The notes beneath the pieces were generated by a model. That model did no database searches and was not told where the DNA came from. It saw nothing but the letters and a program-made list of their open reading frames with translations. Below, in pieces: positions 26,900-32,000 of a stretch of DNA of 32,000 nucleotides. The stretch's first letter is position 1; each line of letters begins with the position of its first letter. This stretch comes from Clostridia bacterium (GTDB taxonomy: Bacteria > Bacillota > Clostridia > TANB77 > CAG-508), in assembly GCA_022791395.1 (NCBI GenBank), contig JAAVZA010000036.1, positions 1 to 32,000 of the forward strand, read 5' to 3'. A program made the translations under genes and the position numbers.

Positions 26900-27052
26900 T
26901 CTTACTAATCACTTAAATGTTTTACAATTAAGTAAATCATATAAAGTTTGGTAGTTTAAATAGGTCTTTCAAATATTACGCCTCCCTTCTACCTTTGGGA
27001 GAAAGGCAAATATATCATATAGTAACATTTACAAAAAGTCAACAACAGTTAC

Positions 27053-27081
27053 TTGCCAAATTAAAAAAAATAATATATAAT
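27053..27081 (+). promoter_or_regulatory. ABC-F gene promoter candidate
   Basis: TTGCCA (27053-27058), 17 nt, TATAAT (27076-27081). Confidence 0.5.
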
Positions 27082-27109
27082 ACTTAAAGCAAAAATGAGG
27101 AGGATTAAA

Positions 27110-28690
27110 ATGTTAATAACAAATGGAGTTACAATAAGATTTGGAAAAAGAACATTATTTGAAGATGTAAACATCAAATTCAATAAAGGGTGTTGTTATG
27201 GAATAATAGGTGCAAATGGTGCTGGCAAATCAACTTTTTTAAAAGTCTTATCAGGAGAAATAGAACCAAGCAAAGGAGAAGTAACAAAAGAAAAAGGAGA
27301 AAGACTTTCAGTATTAAAACAAAACCACTTTGAATTTGAAGCATATACAGTAATGGATACTGTAATAATGGGAAATAATGAATTATATAAAATAATGAAA
27401 GAAAAAGATGAAATATATGCAAAACCAGATTTTAATGAAGAAGATGGAATGAGGGCTGCAAAACTAGAAGAAAGATTTGCAGAATTAGATGGATGGAATG
27501 CTGAATCAGATGCAGCAACATTATTAAATGAATTAGGAATAGATACAGAAAAGCATTACAAATTAATGAGCGAATTAGAAGCAAAAGAAAAAGTAAAAGT
27601 ATTACTTGCACAAAGTTTATTTGGAAATCCAGATATACTATTATTAGACGAGCCAACAAATGACCTAGACCTTAAAAGCATCAATTGGTTAGAAGAATTT
27701 TTAATAAATTTCGAAAACACAGTAATAGTAGTATCACATGATAGATATTTCCTAAATAAAGTATGTACACACATAGCAGACGTAGATTTTGGACAAATAA
27801 AAGTATTTCCAGGAAACTATGATTTCTGGTATGAATCAAGTCAGCTTTTATTAAAACAAATGAAAGAACAAAACAAAAAGAAAGAAGAAAAAATAAAAGA
27901 ATTACAAGCATTCATAGCAAGATTTAGTGCAAATGCATCAAAATCAAAACAAGCAACATCTAGAAAAAAATCATTAGAAAAAATAGAACTAGAAGAAATA
28001 AAACCCTCAAATAGAAGGTATCCATATATAGATTTTAAACCAGATAGAGAGCCAGGAAAAGAAATATTAAAAGTAAAAAATATATCAAAAACAATAAATG
28101 GGGAGAAATTACTAGATAATATATCATTTGTAGTAAAAGAAGGAGATAAAATAGCATTTTTGGCAGATAATGAAAATGCAAAAACAGTATTGTTTCAAAT
28201 AATAGCAGGAGAATTAGAGCCAGACGAAGGAAAAATAGAATGGGGAACAACAATTAGTAACACATATTTTCCAAAAGATAACAACTATCTATTTGAAGAA
28301 GATATGACAATTACAGATTGGTTAAGACAATATTCTAAGGATCCAGACGAAACATATGTAAGAAGTTTTTTAGGAAGAATGTTATTTTCAGGAGAAGAAT
28401 CATTAAAATATGTAAAAGTACTATCTGGAGGAGAAAAAGTAAGATGCGTACTTTCAAAAATGATGTTATCAGGAGCAAATTTATTAATAATGGATGAACC
28501 AACAAACCATTTAGATATGGAAAGCATAACAGCATTAAATGAAGGAATGTCAAACTTCAAAGGAAATATATTATTCACATCACACGACCACCAATTAACT
28601 GAAACTGTTGCAAATAGAATAATAGATATAAAACAAGATAAAGTAGTAGATAGAGAAATTACATATAATGAGTACTTGGGAATAGAATAA
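27110..28690 (+). CDS. ABC-F family ATPase (two ABC domains, no TM domain; YbiT/YkpA-like)
   Basis: Walker A GANGAGKST, then a second ABC domain with signature LSGGEKVR and Walker B LLIMDEPTNHLD, joined by a charged linker (QNKKKEEKIKELQAFI). RBS gaggagg is 6 nt before the ATG at 27110. Confidence 0.9.
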   Translation: MLITNGVTIRFGKRTLFEDVNIKFNKGCCYGIIGANGAGKSTFLKVLSGEIEPSKGEVTKEKGERLSVLKQNHFEFEAYTVMDTVIMGNNELYKIMKEKDEIYAKPDFNEEDGMRAAKLEERFAELDGWNAESDAATLLNELGIDTEKHYKLMSELEAKEKVKVLLAQSLFGNPDILLLDEPTNDLDLKSINWLEEFLINFENTVIVVSHDRYFLNKVCTHIADVDFGQIKVFPGNYDFWYESSQLLLKQMKEQNKKKEEKIKELQAFIARFSANASKSKQATSRKKSLEKIELEEIKPSNRRYPYIDFKPDREPGKEILKVKNISKTINGEKLLDNISFVVKEGDKIAFLADNENAKTVLFQIIAGELEPDEGKIEWGTTISNTYFPKDNNYLFEEDMTITDWLRQYSKDPDETYVRSFLGRMLFSGEESLKYVKVLSGGEKVRCVLSKMMLSGANLLIMDEPTNHLDMESITALNEGMSNFKGNILFTSHDHQLTETVANRIIDIKQDKVVDREITYNEYLGIE

Positions 28691-28698
28691 AATAAAAA

Positions 28699-28730
28699 AT
28701 TAGAAACTACAAACTAGTTTCTAATTTTTT
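28699..28730 (+). terminator. intrinsic terminator after the ABC-F gene
   Basis: attagaaact-...-agtttctaat hairpin followed by T5. Confidence 0.6.
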
Positions 28731-28769
28731 ATGATATAATTACAAAAAATAAAGAAAGAGGAAAGAAAA

Positions 28770-30929
28770 ATGAATATAGGAAAAAAGATTGCAGAGGAAT
28801 TAAAAATAAAAGAGTTACAAGTACAAAAAACAATAGAATTAATAGATGGAGGAAATACAATTCCATTCATAGCACGTTATAGAAAAGAAGTAACAGGAGG
28901 ACTATCAGATGAAGTCTTAAGAGAACTAGGCGAAAGACTTACATACTTAAGAAATTTAGCACAAAGAAAAGAAGAAGTAACAAAATCAATAGATTCACAA
29001 GGAAAATTAACAGAAGAAATTGTAAAAGAACTAGAAAATGCAATAACACTTGCAGAAGTAGAAGATATATACAGACCATATAAACAAAAGAAAAGAACAC
29101 GAGCAACTATTGCAAAAGAAAGAGGTTTAGAACCACTTGCAAAAATAATATATGAACAAGATGAGAAAGTAGACCTAGAGGAAATTACAAAAAACTATAT
29201 AAATGAAGAAAAACAAGTAAATACTGTAGAAGATGCAATTGCTGGAGCATTAGATATAATAGCAGAAGATATATCAGATAATGCAGATTTTAGAAAACAA
29301 ATAAAAAAGATATGCTATCGAGAATCAATTTTAACAACAAAAGCAACAAAATCAGAAGAAAAATCAAACTATGAAATGTACTACGAATTTTCAGAAAATG
29401 TAAATAGACTTCCAAGCCATAGAATACTTGCAATAAATAGAGGAGAAAAAGAAGAATATTTAAAAGTAAGAATAGAAAAACCAGAAGATAAAATAATATA
29501 CTTATTAGAAAAAAGAATAATAAAAAAAGAAGGCAAATATAGAAATTATCTACAAAACACAATCGAAGATGCATGGAAAAGACTAATAGAAAGTTCTATA
29601 GATAGAGAGTTAAGAACGGATTTAACAGAAAAAGCTGAAATTCAAGCAATAAAAGTATTTGGTAAAAATGCAAAACAACTTTTACTTGGAGCTCCACTTA
29701 GAGGATTAACTGTAATAGGATTTGATCCAGCTTATAGAACAGGATGTAAAATAGCAGTAATAGATGAAACAGGAAAAGTATTAGATACTACAACAATATA
29801 TCCAACAGAACCACAAAATGATGTAGAAGGAGCAAAAAAAGTATTAATAAACTTAATTGCTAAATACAATGTAGATATGTTTGCAATAGGAAATGGAACA
29901 GCATCTCGTGAATCTGAACAGTTTGTTGCAAATGTAATAAAAGAAGTTAAAGAAAAATACAAAAAAGAAGTACACTATGCAATTGTTTCAGAAGCAGGAG
30001 CAAGTGTATATTCAGCCTCAAAACTTGCAACAGAAGAATATCCAGATATAAATGTATCATTAAGAGGAGCAATATCAATAGCAAGGCGTTTACAAGACCC
30101 GCTTGCAGAGCTTGTAAAAATAGATCCAAAAGCAATAGGAGTAGGACAATATCAACATGATGTAAATCAAAATAAGTTAGAAGAAAGTTTGACAGGAGTA
30201 GTAGAAGATGCAGTAAACAAAGTTGGAGTAGATGTAAACACAGCAACACCATCACTTTTATCATATGTAGCAGGGTTAAATAAAACAATAAGCAAAAACA
30301 TAGTAGCATATAGAGATGAATTCGGTAAAATAAAAGAAAGAAAAGAATTATTAAAAGTTTCTAAATTAGGGAAAGTAGCATTTGAACAATGTGCGGGATT
30401 TATAAGAATATATGATGGAAAGAATCCTCTAGAAATAACAGGGGTACATCCAGAAAGTTATGAAAAAACAGAGACTTTACTTAAAACCATAGGTTACAGT
30501 GTAGAGGATATAAAGGATAAAGAAAAATTAGCTAAATTAAAAGAAAACCTATTAGATATAAACATAGAAAAAACGGCAAAAGAACTAGAAATAGGAGAAA
30601 TGACATTAAAAGATATAATACAAGAATTAATAAAACCAGGAAGAGACCCAAGAGAAGAATTACCAAAACCAATATTAAGAAATGATGTGTTAAAAATAGA
30701 AGATTTAAAAGAAGGAATGGTATTATCAGGAACAGTAAGAAATGTAATAGACTTTGGAGCATTCATAGACATAGGAGTAAAACATGATGGATTAGTACAT
30801 ATTTCAGAGATGAGTGAAAACTACGTAAAAAACCCACTAGATATAGTATCTGTAGGAGATATAGTAAAAGTAAAAATAATAGGAATAGACCTTGAGAGAC
30901 AAAAAGTAAAATTAAGTATGAAAATATAA
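28770..30929 (+). CDS. tex: Tex-like transcription accessory protein (YqgF/RuvC-like, HhH and C-terminal S1 domains)
   Basis: 719 aa. N-terminal IA.EL....Q V..TI.L.D.GNTIPFIARYRKE pattern, central GFDPAYRTGCK, and C-terminal S1 domain (GMVLSGTVRNVIDFGAFIDIGVKHDGLVHISE). Confidence 0.95.
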   Translation: MNIGKKIAEELKIKELQVQKTIELIDGGNTIPFIARYRKEVTGGLSDEVLRELGERLTYLRNLAQRKEEVTKSIDSQGKLTEEIVKELENAITLAEVEDIYRPYKQKKRTRATIAKERGLEPLAKIIYEQDEKVDLEEITKNYINEEKQVNTVEDAIAGALDIIAEDISDNADFRKQIKKICYRESILTTKATKSEEKSNYEMYYEFSENVNRLPSHRILAINRGEKEEYLKVRIEKPEDKIIYLLEKRIIKKEGKYRNYLQNTIEDAWKRLIESSIDRELRTDLTEKAEIQAIKVFGKNAKQLLLGAPLRGLTVIGFDPAYRTGCKIAVIDETGKVLDTTTIYPTEPQNDVEGAKKVLINLIAKYNVDMFAIGNGTASRESEQFVANVIKEVKEKYKKEVHYAIVSEAGASVYSASKLATEEYPDINVSLRGAISIARRLQDPLAELVKIDPKAIGVGQYQHDVNQNKLEESLTGVVEDAVNKVGVDVNTATPSLLSYVAGLNKTISKNIVAYRDEFGKIKERKELLKVSKLGKVAFEQCAGFIRIYDGKNPLEITGVHPESYEKTETLLKTIGYSVEDIKDKEKLAKLKENLLDINIEKTAKELEIGEMTLKDIIQELIKPGRDPREELPKPILRNDVLKIEDLKEGMVLSGTVRNVIDFGAFIDIGVKHDGLVHISEMSENYVKNPLDIVSVGDIVKVKIIGIDLERQKVKLSMKI

Positions 30930-30930
30930 G

Positions 30931-30959
30931 TTGACGTTATGTAAAACTCATGGTATAAT
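30931..30959 (+). promoter_or_regulatory. near-consensus extended -10 promoter directly after the tex stop codon
   Basis: TTGACG (30931-30936), 17 nt, TGg-TATAAT (30951-30959). Confidence 0.6.
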
Positions 30960-31006
30960 TTAACTGTACTAATAACCAAATGACTCAAGAAAGAGAGGGA
31001 ATATCT

Positions 31007-31387
31007 ATGGGAGCTATGCATGTAAATTTATATGACGCTAATGAGAGAGGACCCATTCGTCTTGATGCGCTTAGCAACGTAAGTGGGCCAAGAGCCATAG
31101 AAATTGCGAAAACCATATTGGAAACGCAGACATCTAGAGTACGGGTTCCTACGGAATTCAAAGAAGATTGGGATGAGCTGGTAAAAAGGGTTGCAAAAGA
31201 GCTTGGTATACTCTATAATTTGGCTAACAGAATGGATGAGTTAGTTAAAAAAGAAGACGATATCAAGGATAGAAGAACAAAAGCTCAGCAACTGGATGGC
31301 GAAATAAAAAGGCTTGAGGGACAGATACAGCAAAACCGATCAAGCTTAAGGGCCGAACTGGAAGAAGTAAGGAAAACTAGCTGCTAA
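31007..31387 (+). CDS. hypothetical 126-aa protein with C-terminal coiled coil, compositionally foreign
   Basis: RBS gagaggga is 6 nt before the ATG at 31007 (ORF-track ATG 30980 has no RBS). 42 and 38 G+C in 31021-31120 and 31221-31320, versus 28 and 31 in two tex samples (hand counts). No family recognised. Confidence 0.6.
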   Translation: MGAMHVNLYDANERGPIRLDALSNVSGPRAIEIAKTILETQTSRVRVPTEFKEDWDELVKRVAKELGILYNLANRMDELVKKEDDIKDRRTKAQQLDGEIKRLEGQIQQNRSSLRAELEEVRKTSC

Positions 31388-31398
31388 GGCAGCTAGTT
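31375..31398. terminator. terminator hairpin overlapping the stop codon of the 126-aa ORF
   Basis: aactagctgc-taag-gcagctagtt perfect 10-bp stem followed by ctctttta. It could also serve the convergent DUF975 gene. Confidence 0.6.
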
Positions 31399-31418
31399 CT
31401 CTTTTATATAAAATAATT

Positions 31419-31985
31419 TTATTCTTCAGTTTTTGTAGAATCAACTTCTACAGCTTCAGTTGTTTTACCTGCAAGTTCTTCATAGAAACAAACAAAAGCA
31501 ACCATAATGTAAGGCATTAACCAAAGCATACCAATACCAAATGTAAATCCAGCTAAGATTGACCAACCAATAAAAGTTAGACCTAACCAGAAAAATCTCC
31601 ATCTGTTACCTCTCATTAGTTTTTCACTTGTTTCAACAACTTCTTTACCTGTCATATTTGGATTATCATTTAAAATATAGTAACTTAATGAATATAAATA
31701 TCCTTTAACAACTACATAAATTAAAGAAGCTATATAACCAATAAAGCTTATAAAGCCTAAAAATCCAAAACCTGCAACTCCACTGCCTGATTCAGCAATT
31801 ACTGCAGAAGCAAGAGAACCTCCAAGAGAAACTACAAGTAAAATGATAAAAACTACAAGTAAGCAAACAGGTAAAATCATTTTTAGAATCATATTTCCAA
31901 AAACTCCCCATACTTTTGCAAATGAAGAAAATCCAATACTTAAAAAGTCTGTATAATTAACTTCTTCATCTCTTTTTAGTTTCAT
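31419..31985 (-). CDS. DUF975-family integral membrane protein (5' end may lie beyond the window)
   Basis: The ..LMRGNRWRFFWLGLTFIGWSILAGFTFGIGMLWLMPYIMVAFVCFYEEL pattern is typical of DUF975. The frame remains open to the right window edge, and no RBS is visible before the ATG at 31985. Confidence 0.75.
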   Translation of the reverse strand: MKLKRDEEVNYTDFLSIGFSSFAKVWGVFGNMILKMILPVCLLVVFIILLVVSLGGSLASAVIAESGSGVAGFGFLGFISFIGYIASLIYVVVKGYLYSLSYYILNDNPNMTGKEVVETSEKLMRGNRWRFFWLGLTFIGWSILAGFTFGIGMLWLMPYIMVAFVCFYEELAGKTTEAVEVDSTKTEE

Positions 31986-32000
31986 AAAAGAAACAAGTAA

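Noticed and set aside
27095-28690. ABC-F protein as an antibiotic-resistance (ARE) factor controlled by a leader-peptide attenuator.
   Set aside because: The predicted promoter leaves only a ~15-25-nt leader with no same-strand upstream mini-ORF or attenuator. The domain layout and length resemble housekeeping YbiT/YkpA-type ABC-F proteins. Subfamily assignment needs phylogeny, so no resistance claim is made.
1-32000. Window-wide search for integrases, transposases, IS ends, CRISPR repeats, reverse transcriptases, restriction/modification or other defence-type ATPase/nuclease genes.
   Set aside because: None of the ORF-track proteins, nor the intergenic regions I read, show the corresponding motifs. 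The only mobility-related signatures are the T4SS remnant and the tRNA-Thr duplication reported above.

Overview
This is a very AT-rich chromosomal segment that looks Gram-positive and Clostridia-like. Hand-counted 100-nt samples of ordinary genes give 21-31 G+C.

Backbone genes, in order:
- a Cys/Met-family PLP enzyme
- gyrA (GyrA-box present, no gyrB alongside)
- a DnaD-domain plus DnaI/DnaC-like helicase-loader operon
- a DUF1858 protein
- a tRNA-Lys(UUU)/Glu(UUC)/Thr(UGU) cluster
- PadR plus a SEDS-like membrane protein
- a FabG-like SDR
- a CBM-like protein
- a divergent XRE-S24 repressor / Cro-like pair followed by a VanW-G5 protein
- tRNA-Lys(CUU)
- two convergent sortase-substrate surface proteins
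- CorA, DUF378, an ABC-F ATPase, Tex and DUF975

Accessory or odd material:
1. A tight minus-strand operon (10614->7119) encodes conjugation/T4SS-type parts: a small membrane ORF, a split VirD4/TraG-like coupling ATPase, a pilin-like gene broken or overlapped at a homopolymer, a VirB6/TrbL-like protein and a PrgI/VirB3-like protein. There is no VirB4, relaxase or integrase, and the operon ends directly against the DnaD-domain gene.
2. A ~101-bp direct repeat (3' two-thirds of tRNA-Thr plus its terminator) brackets a ~0.9-kb insert. The insert holds one membrane-anchored ORF and a GC-rich 11-mer tandem repeat.
3. An ECF sigma gene carries two frameshifts while its zf-HC2 anti-sigma partner is intact.
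4. Two compositionally foreign single-gene cassettes are present. One is a secreted 134-aa protein with 49 G+C in a 100-nt sample. The other is a 126-aa coiled-coil protein with 42 G+C, a near-consensus extended -10 promoter and its own terminator, sitting between tex and DUF975.
5. A 335-bp intergenic region upstream of the ABC-F gene has promoter/terminator geometry compatible with small transcripts.

I found no integrase, transposase, CRISPR array, reverse transcriptase or nuclease/defence-type gene. I cannot assert a complete novel system from sequence alone. The items above are the best leads. All family calls rest on motif recognition by eye and need HMM or structure confirmation.
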